From an uncultured beta proteobacterium (GTDB taxonomy: Bacteria > Pseudomonadota > Gammaproteobacteria > Burkholderiales > Gallionellaceae), in NCBI GenBank assembly GCA_963719855.1, contig CAVRDK010000004.1, positions 938,776 through 1,002,775 of the forward strand: a stretch of 64,000 nt of DNA. Direction: 5' to 3'. The position numbers and the translations under genes were made by a program. Below, in pieces: positions 47,627-57,273 of the stretch. Each line of letters starts with the position of its first letter. Within the stretch, counting starts at the first letter, position 1. The notes under the pieces are model-generated. The model saw nothing but the letters and a program-made list of their open reading frames with translations. It did no database searches and was not told where the DNA came from.

Positions 47627-49057
47627 GTGGCAGCTATCAAACAAGTGCTAGTGCCGGACATCGGCAATTTTAAGGACGTGGAGATCATCGAAGTGATGGT
47701 CAAGGCGGGCGACACGGTGCAGGCGGAAGATTCCCTCATCACGATCGAGACCGACAAGGCCACCATGGACGTACCCGCGCCTTTCTCCGGCGCGGTGAAA
47801 GAACTCAAGGTCAAGGTGGGCGACAAGGTTTCGGAAGGGGTGCTGATTGCGCTGATTGAGACTAGCGGTGATGTGTCGGCAATCTCCAGCGCTCCCGCCA
47901 CTGCCGCGCCTATCGTAGCAATAGCGACTGCGCCAAAACTGGAAGCAGTTCCTGTTACCCAAATCTCCAACCCCTCCCAGCCTCCCCTTGTCAGGGGAGG
48001 AGAAAACGCGGCTCCCTCCCTTGATGGAACTACTGATAAAACTACTAGCCATTCCGCTAAGCCCCAAAGCACGGAGCAAGCGGCTGGTTATAGCCATTCG
48101 ACTAGGCCGTCAAAAAACGACGACCAAGTCGCTGGTTATGATAAGGGGAGGGTTGGGGAGGGGTTAGCTCACGCCAGTCCCTCCATCCGCCGCTTCGCAC
48201 GCGAACTGGGCGTCAATCTACCGCAGCTAACAGGCAGCGGCATCAAGGGTCGCGTTACCAAAGAAGATGTGCAAAATTTCGTCAAGACCGCTTTGGCACA
48301 GCCGCGCGGCACAGGCGGCTTGCAAGTCGCGGAAATGCCGGCAGTGGACTTCGCTCAGTTCGGCGCAATCGAGAGCAAGCCGCTGTCGCGCATCCAGAAA
48401 CTTTCCGGTGCATGGCTGCACCGCAACTGGGTTTCCATTCCGCACATCACCCAGCACGACGAGGCTGACATTACGGACATGGAAGCTTTCCGCAAACAAC
48501 TCGGCACGGAATATGCCGCGCAGGGCATCAAGATTACCCCGCTGGCTTTTCTGCTCAAGGCGGTGATGGAGGTCTTGCAGCAATTCCCGGATTTCAACGC
48601 TTCGCTGGATGCCAACGGCGAAAATCTGATCCTGAAAAAATATTTCCACATTGGTGTAGCGGTAGATACCCCGGACGGGCTGGTGGTGCCGGTGTTGCGC
48701 GACGTGAATCAGAAGGGCATCGTGCAACTAGCCAAGGAACTGGCCGAAATAAGCGGACGGGCACGCGAGAAAAAAATCTCCGCCGCCGAAATGCAGGGCG
48801 GCTGCTTTACCATTTCCAGCCTGGGCGGCATTGGCGGCACCGCTTTCACGCCGATTATCAATGCGCCGGAGGTAGCGATTCTGGGTGTGTCCAGATCGAG
48901 CATGAAACCGGTGTGGAAGGACGGAAAATTCGAACCACGTTTGATGCTGCCGTTTTCGCTTTCATACGACCACCGCGTGATAGACGGCGCGGTGGGCGCG
49001 CGCTTTACCACTTATCTGGCGCAGGTGCTGGCAGACGTGCGCAGGCTGGCGCTGTAA
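47627..49057 (+). CDS. aceF: dihydrolipoamide acetyltransferase E2 (single lipoyl domain)
   Basis: It has a lipoyl site IETDKATMDVP, an E3-binding domain ASPSIRRFARELGV and the catalytic DHRVIDG. The linker carries a repeat-derived insert of about 200 bp. Confidence 0.95.
   Translation: MAAIKQVLVPDIGNFKDVEIIEVMVKAGDTVQAEDSLITIETDKATMDVPAPFSGAVKELKVKVGDKVSEGVLIALIETSGDVSAISSAPATAAPIVAIATAPKLEAVPVTQISNPSQPPLVRGGENAAPSLDGTTDKTTSHSAKPQSTEQAAGYSHSTRPSKNDDQVAGYDKGRVGEGLAHASPSIRRFARELGVNLPQLTGSGIKGRVTKEDVQNFVKTALAQPRGTGGLQVAEMPAVDFAQFGAIESKPLSRIQKLSGAWLHRNWVSIPHITQHDEADITDMEAFRKQLGTEYAAQGIKITPLAFLLKAVMEVLQQFPDFNASLDANGENLILKKYFHIGVAVDTPDGLVVPVLRDVNQKGIVQLAKELAEISGRAREKKISAAEMQGGCFTISSLGGIGGTAFTPIINAPEVAILGVSRSSMKPVWKDGKFEPRLMLPFSLSYDHRVIDGAVGARFTTYLAQVLADVRRLAL
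47968..48170 (+). repeat. composite repeat inserted in frame in the aceF inter-domain linker
   Basis: The outer arms are CCAACCCCTCCCAGCCTCCCC and GGGGAGGGTTGGGGAGGGGTTAG. The interior holds GATGGAACTACTGATAAAACTACT plus two AGCCAT...GGTTAT hairpin units (45 and 48 bp). Confidence 0.8.
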
Positions 49058-49081
49058 CCAGCCAATAACGTCAACACGCAA

Positions 49082-51805
49082 ATGGCGTCTACTGTTTTTT
49101 TTGATAACGTCGCGCGCCACATTCTGGCGCAGCACGCGCACGCAATCCCTGACTTACGCCGCGCGGTCGTGTTGCTGCCCAACTACCATGTGGCGCAGCC
49201 GCTGGCGCAAGCTCTTGCCCGAGTGGCACAACGGCCCGCTTTATTGCTGCCCCAAATGGTTACGCTCAACGAATGGGCGCAATCAGTCTCCCTCTCAGAT
49301 CCTGTAGTTCCCGACACTTGCCGCGCCGCCACCTTATATCAGGCGCTGCGCGCACGCCGTTGGTTTGCCGACGCCGATCTGTGGGGTATCGCCAGCGAGT
49401 TGCTTAGTCTGCTGGATGAGCTTACGCAGCATCACGTCACACTGCCGCAAAACGAAGAAGATTTCCTCACGCAACTGGAACGCGCGTATCAGTCCAAGCG
49501 CAACGCCGCGATGCAGTTCGAAGCACGCGTGGTGCATGAGTTGTGGTATGCGATGAGCGTCAGCGGTGAACTGAATGCCGCGCGCGCTTACCAGCAACGC
49601 TTGGCGCAGCTTGCGCAGCAGGCGGATGTGCCGTTGGTCGTGTTGCTGGCTTCCAATCTTGCTGCGCCGGAAGCGCGCTTTCTGGAGGTGTATGCGGAAC
49701 ATGCGCCGGTTAAGGTTTTTGATTTGAAAGAGATGGCGGCGCATGAGGCAAGTTGTGCGGTGCTGCACACGGCGTTGCAAGCCCCATCTTCCCATTTGCG
49801 CGATCAAGCCGCTCACCTGCACGAACATTTTCCCCATGCCGCATTAAACCGTCCTTCGACAGGCTCAGGCGGGTGCCCGACCAAAAGCTCTATGGGGCGA
49901 ACGGGACGGAGGTTAAGTTTGTTTGGCGCGCATAGTCTGGAACAGGAAGCGCGCGCCGCCGAGGTGCAGGTGCGGCGCTGGTTGCTGGCGGGAAAACATA
50001 ATATCGCCATCGTCGCACAAGACCGTCTGGTGGCGCGGCGCGTGCGCGCTTTGCTGGAGCGCGCCGGGGTGCTGGTGACTGATGAGTCCGGCTGGACGCT
50101 ATCCACGCTGGCGGTGAGCACGGTGCTGATGCGCTGGCTGGATGCGCTGCAAAGCGATTTTTATTATCAGGATTTGCTCGACCTGCTCAAGTCGCCGTTC
50201 ATCTTCGCCGACCAGCTAGCGCAAGAACGCAAGCAGGCGGTGTATCAGCTCGAACAACTGGTGCGCAAACACGGCGTGGCTTCGCATCTCGATGCCTTTC
50301 TCGATCTGGCGCACGGCGAGGACGAAGTACAGGTGACGCTGGTACGGCTGCGGCAGGCGGCGGAGGTGTTGCGTAAAAATAGCGATACCTTGAGCGGCTG
50401 GCTGCGTGCGCTGGATGATAGCCTTGCCATTCTCGGCGTCACACAAGGGCTGGCGGCTGATGTGGCGGGCGCGCAGTTGTTGCAGACATTGCAAACCTGG
50501 CAGCAGGAGCTGGCGGCGGACAACACGCGTTTCAGTCGCGCCGAATGGCGGCACTGGCTGGCGCAACAACTCGACGCGCACACCTTCCGCGATTCCGCGA
50601 TAGACAGCCCGGTGCTGCTCACACATCTCGCCGCCACGCGCTGGCGCAGTTTCGATGCGGTGCTGCTGCTCGGTAGCGATGCCACACATCTGCCCAGCGG
50701 AGACAACGGCAGCGTGTGGTTCAACGACGCGGTGCGCAGCACGCTCGGCCTGCCGACGCGCGAGGTGCATCTGGCGCAGCAGCGCGATGATCTGCTGGCG
50801 CTGCTGGCTATGAACGACACTGTGCTGGTCACCTGGCAAGCCAGCAAAAGCGGAGAGCAGAATCTGCTGAGTCCTTACCTAGAAATGCTGCGCGCACTGC
50901 ATGAGTTGGCTTATGGCGATGATCTGGCGGAACATGAGTTGGGCGCACTGCTGGAAGATGCGCAGGTGCGCGGAACTGATTTTCCCTTGCCGGAAGCGGC
51001 TGCCATGCCCGCGCCTGCCGTGCCGCAAAACCTTATACCAAGCCGCATTTCAGCCAGCGGCTATAACAGTCTCGTCGCTTGCCCGTACCAGTATTATGCG
51101 CGCCACATGCTGCGCCTGAATGAAATGGACGAGGTGCGCGAGGGCGTGGAGAAGCGCGATTATGGCGAGTGGGTGCATGACATTTTGCATCGCTTCCATC
51201 AGCAGTTTCCGGTGCTCGGTGAACATGCTCAAGCAGAATTGGAACAGGCGTTGCAGCGCATCAGCAGCGAGGTGTTCGCGCCCACCGTGGAGCGCGACTA
51301 TCTGGCGCGCGCCTGGCTGCTGCGCTGGCAACAGGCGATCCCCGCCTATCTGGATGCGCAGATGAAAAGCGAAGCAGAAGGCTGGCATTACCAAAACGGC
51401 GAAGTGCCGTTTGAATTGCCGTTGACCGGCGAACTGACCCTGCACGGGCGCATAGATCGCGTGGATGTGCAGAGCGAAGGCTCTGCGAAGGTGTTGGACT
51501 ACAAGATGATGGATGCGACCCGGCTGCGCAACAAGCTCAAGGAAGCGGGCGAGGACGTGCAGTTGGCCTGCTACGCCCATGTGTACGAGGCCGACGAGGC
51601 GGCTTTCATCAGCATCGAAAAAGGCAAGGTGATTGCCGTTGCGCCGCCGCAGGATTTGCCGGAACTGGCACAGGCCAACATAGCGCGCCTGACAGAATTG
51701 TTTGCGCAAATGCGAAACGGCGCGGCGATGCCCGCGCACGGTGTGGACGAGGCATGCACGTATTGCGAGATGCGCGGCTTGTGCCGCAAGAGTGAGTGGA
51801 AATGA
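49082..51805 (+). CDS. addB: AddB-type PD-(D/E)XK nuclease subunit (no Walker A; C-terminal Fe-S cysteines)
   Basis: 907 aa with nuclease motif RIDRVDV...KVLDYK. One Cys (LVACPYQYY) plus CTYCEMRGLC suggest an iron-staple cluster. It is paired with the downstream UvrD-like gene. Confidence 0.75.
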   Translation: MASTVFFDNVARHILAQHAHAIPDLRRAVVLLPNYHVAQPLAQALARVAQRPALLLPQMVTLNEWAQSVSLSDPVVPDTCRAATLYQALRARRWFADADLWGIASELLSLLDELTQHHVTLPQNEEDFLTQLERAYQSKRNAAMQFEARVVHELWYAMSVSGELNAARAYQQRLAQLAQQADVPLVVLLASNLAAPEARFLEVYAEHAPVKVFDLKEMAAHEASCAVLHTALQAPSSHLRDQAAHLHEHFPHAALNRPSTGSGGCPTKSSMGRTGRRLSLFGAHSLEQEARAAEVQVRRWLLAGKHNIAIVAQDRLVARRVRALLERAGVLVTDESGWTLSTLAVSTVLMRWLDALQSDFYYQDLLDLLKSPFIFADQLAQERKQAVYQLEQLVRKHGVASHLDAFLDLAHGEDEVQVTLVRLRQAAEVLRKNSDTLSGWLRALDDSLAILGVTQGLAADVAGAQLLQTLQTWQQELAADNTRFSRAEWRHWLAQQLDAHTFRDSAIDSPVLLTHLAATRWRSFDAVLLLGSDATHLPSGDNGSVWFNDAVRSTLGLPTREVHLAQQRDDLLALLAMNDTVLVTWQASKSGEQNLLSPYLEMLRALHELAYGDDLAEHELGALLEDAQVRGTDFPLPEAAAMPAPAVPQNLIPSRISASGYNSLVACPYQYYARHMLRLNEMDEVREGVEKRDYGEWVHDILHRFHQQFPVLGEHAQAELEQALQRISSEVFAPTVERDYLARAWLLRWQQAIPAYLDAQMKSEAEGWHYQNGEVPFELPLTGELTLHGRIDRVDVQSEGSAKVLDYKMMDATRLRNKLKEAGEDVQLACYAHVYEADEAAFISIEKGKVIAVAPPQDLPELAQANIARLTELFAQMRNGAAMPAHGVDEACTYCEMRGLCRKSEWK
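49845..49918. repeat. REP-like palindrome inserted in frame in addB
   Basis: AACCGTCCTTCGACAGGCTCAGG...GCGAACGGGACGGAGGTT shares the TTCGACA(A/G)GCTCAG core with the element in the MmeI-like gene. Confidence 0.55.
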
Positions 51806-51821
51806 TGACTAATTTAAAACA

Positions 51822-52032
51822 CTTCACCACAGAGGCACAGAGACACAGAGGAAAACAACAAGATTGTTTTATCGAATATGCATCGCTACGAGGCGAATGG
51901 ACCGTTCTGAAGTACGGCATATTCTTGTGTGTTTATGAGCCGTTCTCTGTGTCTCTGATGAAACTACTAGCCATTCGACTAAGGCTGGCAAAAGCGCCAG
52001 CCAAGTCGCTGGTTATGTGTCTCTGTGGTGGA
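51822..52032. mobile_element. MITE-like element between addB and addA (CACCACAGAG...CACAGAGA-type inverted ends) with a nested hairpin unit
   Basis: The left end is CTTCACCACAGAGGCACAGAGACACAGAGG and the right end CTCTGTGTCTCTG[58-bp insert]TGTGTCTCTGTGGTGGA. The insert spans 51958-52015. Confidence 0.55.
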
Positions 52033-52037
52033 TTTTT

Positions 52038-55000
52038 ATGAACAACAACATCGCACTCAATCCGCAAAACAGCGTCGTGGTCGAAGCCTGCGCGGGCAGC
52101 GGCAAGACCTGGTTGCTGGTGTCGCGCATCGTGCGCTTGCTGCTGGATGGCGTGAAGCCAGGCGAAATACTCGCCATCACTTTCACGCGCAAAGCCGCGC
52201 AGGAGATGCAAGCACGCTTGCACGAGTGGCTGCATCTGCTCGCAGTGCAGGACGACGATAGCGTGCGCCAATTTATGCGCGAACGCGCCGTCGATGACAT
52301 CGATGGTGTGCTGCTTGAAAAAGCGCGCGGCCTGTACCGCGACGCATTGCTGGCGCAACCGGCTATCACCATCAGCACTTTCCACGGCTGGTTCATGCAA
52401 ATTATCCAGCGCGCGCCACTGAATGCCGGAGTGCCGGTCGGGATGCAATTGCTGGAACGTACCTCGGCAATGCGCGATGAGGCGTGGCAGGCATTTGCCG
52501 ATAGTTTGCGCGCCGCGCCCGATGGCGAAACCGCGCAGTTCATGCAATGGCTGTTCACCGAATATGGATTGCACAGCACGCGTGCATTGCTGGAAAATTT
52601 TGTGCATAAGCGCGCCGAGTGGTGGGCGTACTCGCAGGGGCAGGGCGATGCGGTGGCATGGGCAGTAGACCAATTGCACGCGGAGCTCGAAGTGGATATT
52701 GATTCCGATCCAATTGCCGATGCCTGTTCCGATACATCATTACAAACCGCTGTGCATTCCTTTGCGCGGGCGCTGGCGACCGGCACGGAGACGCAGTGCA
52801 ATAATGCCGACAAGCTGCAAGCCGCTTGGGAGGTGACAGATCCCCACCAGCGCTTTGCGGCATTGTCGCTCGCGCTGTACACCCAGGCCGATGAGCCGCG
52901 CAGTTTCAAGCCGACCAAAAAACAGGATGCAGAATCTTTCCTGTTTGCGCGCGATGTGTTGTTCGACAAGATGCAAGCCGTGCGCGATGCACTGACCGAA
53001 CTTGCAGCCTTGCACATGAACGAAGCCGCGCTGCATTGCGGTGCGGCGCTGCTGGAACACTATCAGGAATTGAAATTGCGCTCGCAGCAGATGGACTTTA
53101 CCGATCTGGAATGGCAAGTGTGCCGCGTGCTCAACCAGAGCGATTGCGCCGAGTACATGCAATACAAACTGGATAGCCGCTACCGCCATGTGCTGCTTGA
53201 CGAATTTCAGGACACCAACCCGTTGCAGTGGCAAATACTGCAATCGTGGTTTTCCGCCGCCGCCGCAGTGGACTCGCGGCCCACCGTGTTTGTGGTGGGC
53301 GATCCAAAACAATCTATCTACCGCTTCCGTCGTGCCGATGCGCGATTATTTGAGGAGGTACGCAAATTTTTGCAGCGCGAATTCGGCGCGCATTACCTCA
53401 CGCAGAACGAGACGCGGCGCAACGCTCCGGCGGTGCTGAATGCAGTGAACAGCGTATTTTGCGAGCATCCGGACGGCTTCGTGGATTTCGAGAAGCATAT
53501 TGCCCATCATCAAGACTTGCCTGGCCGTGTCGAGGTGCTGCCATTGGCCGTGGTCGAAAATGCAGGGCTAGCAGTATCGCCGGACAGTCAATTTAGTTTG
53601 CGCAATCCGCTCATCAATCCGCGTGAAGAAAATGAAGGCGTTGTGCGCGAAATTGAAGCCGAGCAATTTGCCGCGCACATCGCCGACATCGTGACGAACT
53701 GGAGCGTGCAAGGAGAGGGCGGCACACTGCGCCGCGCCGAGTACGGCGACATCATGGTGCTGGTGCGAAAGCGCACGCATCTGCGCGTGTATGAGCACGC
53801 TTTGCGCGCACGCCATATTCCGTTTTTAACCTCGCGGCGCGGCGGTCTGCTCGATACGCTGGAAGCGGAAGACATTCAGGCGCTGCTGACTTTCCTGATT
53901 ACCCCGTTCGCCGATCTCGAACTGGCGCAAGCGTTGCGCTCGCCGCTGTTCGCCTGTTCGGATGAGGATTTGATGCAAATAGCAGAAGCAAGGGACAAGG
54001 GACAAGGGACAAGGGGTTTTCTTGAGCCTTGCACCTTGAACCTTGCACCTGAAAGCTGGTGGTCACGGCTACAACGCATCGCACAAGACAACACTGCCTC
54101 CGCCGAACTGCAGCGCGCCCACCGCCTGCTGCGCGACTGGCTGGCACTCGCCGACAAACTTCCGGTACACGATTTGCTCGACCGTATTTATTTCGAAGGC
54201 GATCTGCTGCATCGCTATGCGGCGGCGCTGCCTGCCGAGATGCATGAAACGGTGCGCGCCAACCAGCAAGCTTTCATGGAAATCGCGCTCAACGTGGACG
54301 CCGGGCGCTATCCCAGCCTGCCGCGCTTCCTCGCCGAGTTGCGGGAATTGCGCGCGGCGGAAAACGAATCGCCGGACGAGGGCAAGGTGGGGGAGGTCGG
54401 CAACGCGCTGCGCATTTACACCGTGCACGAGGCAAAAGGGTTGGAAGCGCCCATCGTCTGGCTGCTGGATGCCAACGACACGCAGCGCAAAGCCGACAGC
54501 TACGGCGTGTTGCTCGACTGGCAGCCCAATGAGCCGCGCCCGGCGCATTTCTCCCTGTTCAGCGACAAACGCGGACGCGGTGCGAAGCGCGCGCCTTACT
54601 TCGATGCGGATGAAGCTTATGCGCGGCGCGAAGAAATGAATCTGCTGTACGTCGCCATGACGCGCGCCAAACAGGCGTTGCTGGTGAGCGGGAACGGCGA
54701 ACCGGCAGAGACATCCTGGTATGGGCGCATCGCGGCTACGGTGCAACCAAGTGAAAATTCGCTTCATGCAGAGGCTTCTTCCTCTACCCCTGAACCCCAG
54801 GCTGATGTACGCTCCCATGAATTGGATGGGGCGCAAGCTGAGTATTTGGCTTCCGATCTCACTGCGTTGCGCCAACCAATTCCAACAGGCCAGCGCGCAG
54901 TACGCGCCACTTCTGAGCAGCGCCGGGGCACTTGGCTACACGCGCTGTTGCAGCACCTCGTTCCGCCACAAGCAGTGAACGATATGGCTGAATTACAACA

Positions 55001-55346
55001 ACGCTGTGGCATTCCACCCAGTGAAATGGACTCGCTCTGGCAACAGGCGCAACATTGGCTTGCGCTGCCGCAACTGCAACGCTTCTTTGATTCGCAACAC
55101 TACCGCAATGCTTGCAATGAAATGCCCTACGTCAACGCGCACGGCGAATTGAAGCGAATAGATCGTCTGGTGGAATTCGACGATGAAGTGTGGGTGCTGG
55201 ATTACAAGACCGGAGCCAAGCCGGACGTTGCGCCGTATCGAGCGCAGATGCAGGAATATCGCATTGCCATGCAGGCCGTGTATGCGGGCAAGACGGTACG
55301 CTGCGCCTTGCTGTTTGCGAATGGGGCGTTGTGCGAGGTGGAATGA
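52038..55346 (+). CDS. addA: AddA-type UvrD/Rep helicase-nuclease subunit
   Basis: Walker A ACAGSGKTW, UvrD helicase motifs, and C-terminal nuclease RIDRLVEFDDEVWVLDYKTG. ATG at 52038. Confidence 0.85.
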   Translation: MNNNIALNPQNSVVVEACAGSGKTWLLVSRIVRLLLDGVKPGEILAITFTRKAAQEMQARLHEWLHLLAVQDDDSVRQFMRERAVDDIDGVLLEKARGLYRDALLAQPAITISTFHGWFMQIIQRAPLNAGVPVGMQLLERTSAMRDEAWQAFADSLRAAPDGETAQFMQWLFTEYGLHSTRALLENFVHKRAEWWAYSQGQGDAVAWAVDQLHAELEVDIDSDPIADACSDTSLQTAVHSFARALATGTETQCNNADKLQAAWEVTDPHQRFAALSLALYTQADEPRSFKPTKKQDAESFLFARDVLFDKMQAVRDALTELAALHMNEAALHCGAALLEHYQELKLRSQQMDFTDLEWQVCRVLNQSDCAEYMQYKLDSRYRHVLLDEFQDTNPLQWQILQSWFSAAAAVDSRPTVFVVGDPKQSIYRFRRADARLFEEVRKFLQREFGAHYLTQNETRRNAPAVLNAVNSVFCEHPDGFVDFEKHIAHHQDLPGRVEVLPLAVVENAGLAVSPDSQFSLRNPLINPREENEGVVREIEAEQFAAHIADIVTNWSVQGEGGTLRRAEYGDIMVLVRKRTHLRVYEHALRARHIPFLTSRRGGLLDTLEAEDIQALLTFLITPFADLELAQALRSPLFACSDEDLMQIAEARDKGQGTRGFLEPCTLNLAPESWWSRLQRIAQDNTASAELQRAHRLLRDWLALADKLPVHDLLDRIYFEGDLLHRYAAALPAEMHETVRANQQAFMEIALNVDAGRYPSLPRFLAELRELRAAENESPDEGKVGEVGNALRIYTVHEAKGLEAPIVWLLDANDTQRKADSYGVLLDWQPNEPRPAHFSLFSDKRGRGAKRAPYFDADEAYARREEMNLLYVAMTRAKQALLVSGNGEPAETSWYGRIAATVQPSENSLHAEASSSTPEPQADVRSHELDGAQAEYLASDLTALRQPIPTGQRAVRATSEQRRGTWLHALLQHLVPPQAVNDMAELQQRCGIPPSEMDSLWQQAQHWLALPQLQRFFDSQHYRNACNEMPYVNAHGELKRIDRLVEFDDEVWVLDYKTGAKPDVAPYRAQMQEYRIAMQAVYAGKTVRCALLFANGALCEVE
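53989..54050. repeat. short repeat (GGGACAAG x3 ... CCTTGCACC x2) inserted in frame in addA
   Basis: AAGGGACAAGGGACAAGGGACAAGGGG-TTTTCTTGAG-CCTTGCACCTTGAACCTTGCACC encodes RDKGQGTRGFLEPCTLNLAP inside an otherwise conserved region. Confidence 0.5.
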
Positions 55347-55403
55347 CCTGTGGGCAGTTGAAAAGTTATAATGCAAGGCTCGTTATTCACTCCACCAAAA
55401 ACC

Positions 55404-55991
55404 ATGCAAAAATTAGTTCTCGCTTCCAACAACCCCGGCAAGCTGCGCGAATTCCAATTCTTGTTGCAGCCGCTCGGCATCGAAGTGCTGACACAGGCAC
55501 AACTCGGCATCTCCGAAGCAGAGGAGCCGCACGTCACCTTCGTCGAAAATGCCCTCGCCAAGGCGCGTCACGTCAGCCGTTTGAGCGGCTTGCCCGCGCT
55601 GGCGGATGATTCAGGCATCTGCGTTGCCGCGCTGGACGGCGCGCCCGGTGTCTACTCTGCGCGTTATGCCGGAGACAACCCCAAATCGGATACGCGCAAC
55701 AATGAAAAGCTGCTGCAAGACATGCAAGGCGTGGCGGATCGCCGCGCGCATTACTACTGCGTGCTGGTGTTGCTGCACAACGCCGACGATCCGCAGCCTC
55801 TGATCGCAGAAGGCGAGTGGCACGGCGAGATCGCGCATGAAGAATGCGGTGACGGCGGCTTTGGCTACGATCCGTTGTTCTGGTTGCCGGATTTCGGCAA
55901 GACCAGCGCGCAACTGGAACATGAACAAAAACACGCCATCAGCCATCGCGGCAAAGCGTTAAGGGTGTTGTTGGAGAAGTTGAAGAAATGA
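55404..55991 (+). CDS. rdgB: dITP/XTP pyrophosphatase RdgB (HAM1 family)
   Basis: MQKLVLASNNPGKLREF with a typical RdgB core. ATG at 55404. Confidence 0.9.
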   Translation: MQKLVLASNNPGKLREFQFLLQPLGIEVLTQAQLGISEAEEPHVTFVENALAKARHVSRLSGLPALADDSGICVAALDGAPGVYSARYAGDNPKSDTRNNEKLLQDMQGVADRRAHYYCVLVLLHNADDPQPLIAEGEWHGEIAHEECGDGGFGYDPLFWLPDFGKTSAQLEHEQKHAISHRGKALRVLLEKLKK

Positions 55992-56000
55992 TTTAAAAGT

Positions 56001-56062
56001 GTAGGGTGGGCAAGACTTACATGCCCACACGGGGAATCGGTGGGCAATATTGCCCACCCTAC
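56001..56062. repeat. REP element (GTAGGGTGGGCA ... TGCCCACCCTAC)
   Basis: Near-perfect outer arms with an inner GCCCAC/GTGGGC pair, located between rdgB and hemW. Confidence 0.7.
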
Positions 56063-56076
56063 AAAATCCAAAACCC

Positions 56077-57273
56077 ATGACCACACATCTCCTGCAACCC
56101 ACCGCCCTTAAATCGCAAGCGGTCAATTTTAAGGCTTTGCCGCCGCTGTCGTTGTACATCCACATCCCGTGGTGCGTGCGCAAATGTCCGTATTGCGATT
56201 TCAATTCGCATGAGGCGTGCGGGGCATTTTCGGAGCAGGAATATGTCGCGGCGTTGATCCGCGATCTGGAGTTGGCTTTGCCGCTGATTTGGGGGCGTAA
56301 GGTTTATACGGTGTTTTTTGGCGGAGGTACGCCTAGTTTGTTGAGCGGAGAAAGTGTCGCGGAGATATTGCGCCAAGTGCGCATGTTGTTGCCTCTGGAC
56401 ATGAACGCAGAGATCACGCTGGAGGCGAATCCCGGCACGGTGGAGGCGGCGCGTTTTGCGGTTTATCGTGAGGCGGGGGTGAATCGTTTGTCGATGGGCA
56501 TCCAGAGTTTCAACGATGCGCATCTGCAAGCGCTGGGGCGCATCCACTCTGCCGCTGAGGCCAAGCACGCGATCACCATTGCGCAGCAGCATTTCGACAA
56601 TATAAACCTCGATTTGATGTATGCGCTGCCCGATCAAACATTGGAGGAGGCGTTGCAGGATGTGCAAGCTGCGCTGTTATTTTCGCCGCAGCATCTGTCC
56701 TGTTATCACCTGACGCTGGAGCCGAACACGCTGTTTTATCGCAACCCGCCCTCGTTGCCGGACGATGATGCGAGCAGCGACATGCAGCAGCGTATCGAAG
56801 AGTTCCTGGCAGCAAGCGGCTATCAGCACTACGAGACTTCAGCATTTGCGCAACCTAAAAGGCGCTCGCGTCACAACCTCAACTACTGGCAGTTCGGCGA
56901 TTATCTGGGCATAGGCGCGGGGGCGCACAGCAAACTGAGTTTTCCCGATAAGGTGATCCGCCAGGTGCGCTACAAGCAGCCGCAGGAGTATATGCAACAA
57001 GCAGCCAAGGGCGCACCGATACAAAAAGAACATGAAGTGAGCCGCGACGAGCTGGCGTTTGAATTCATGATGAATGCGTTGCGCCTGAACGAAGGCTTTG
57101 ACAGTGCATTGTTCGGGGAGCGCACCAGCCTGCCGCTGCTTGTCATCAGACGCGAACTGGAAGAGGCGGAACGGCGCGGGTTGTTGTTCATCGACCATCA
57201 GCGTATCGCGCCGACGCAATTGGGGCAACGGTTTTTGAATGATTTACTAGAGATATTTTTGGCGGATATGTAG
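56077..57273 (+). CDS. hemW: radical SAM heme chaperone HemW (HemN-like)
   Basis: LSLYIHIPWCVRKCPYCDF contains the radical-SAM CxxxCxxC motif. ATG 56077 lies just after the REP. The stop TAG lies in GTAGGTTGGGC. Confidence 0.9.
   Translation: MTTHLLQPTALKSQAVNFKALPPLSLYIHIPWCVRKCPYCDFNSHEACGAFSEQEYVAALIRDLELALPLIWGRKVYTVFFGGGTPSLLSGESVAEILRQVRMLLPLDMNAEITLEANPGTVEAARFAVYREAGVNRLSMGIQSFNDAHLQALGRIHSAAEAKHAITIAQQHFDNINLDLMYALPDQTLEEALQDVQAALLFSPQHLSCYHLTLEPNTLFYRNPPSLPDDDASSDMQQRIEEFLAASGYQHYETSAFAQPKRRSRHNLNYWQFGDYLGIGAGAHSKLSFPDKVIRQVRYKQPQEYMQQAAKGAPIQKEHEVSRDELAFEFMMNALRLNEGFDSALFGERTSLPLLVIRRELEEAERRGLLFIDHQRIAPTQLGQRFLNDLLEIFLADM

Noticed and set aside
51796-52041. 81-aa ORF (FTTEAQRHRGKQ...) between addB and addA
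   Set aside because: It lies entirely within a MITE-like repeat with a nested hairpin unit. The peptide is the well-known translation artefact of CACAGAG-type repeats.
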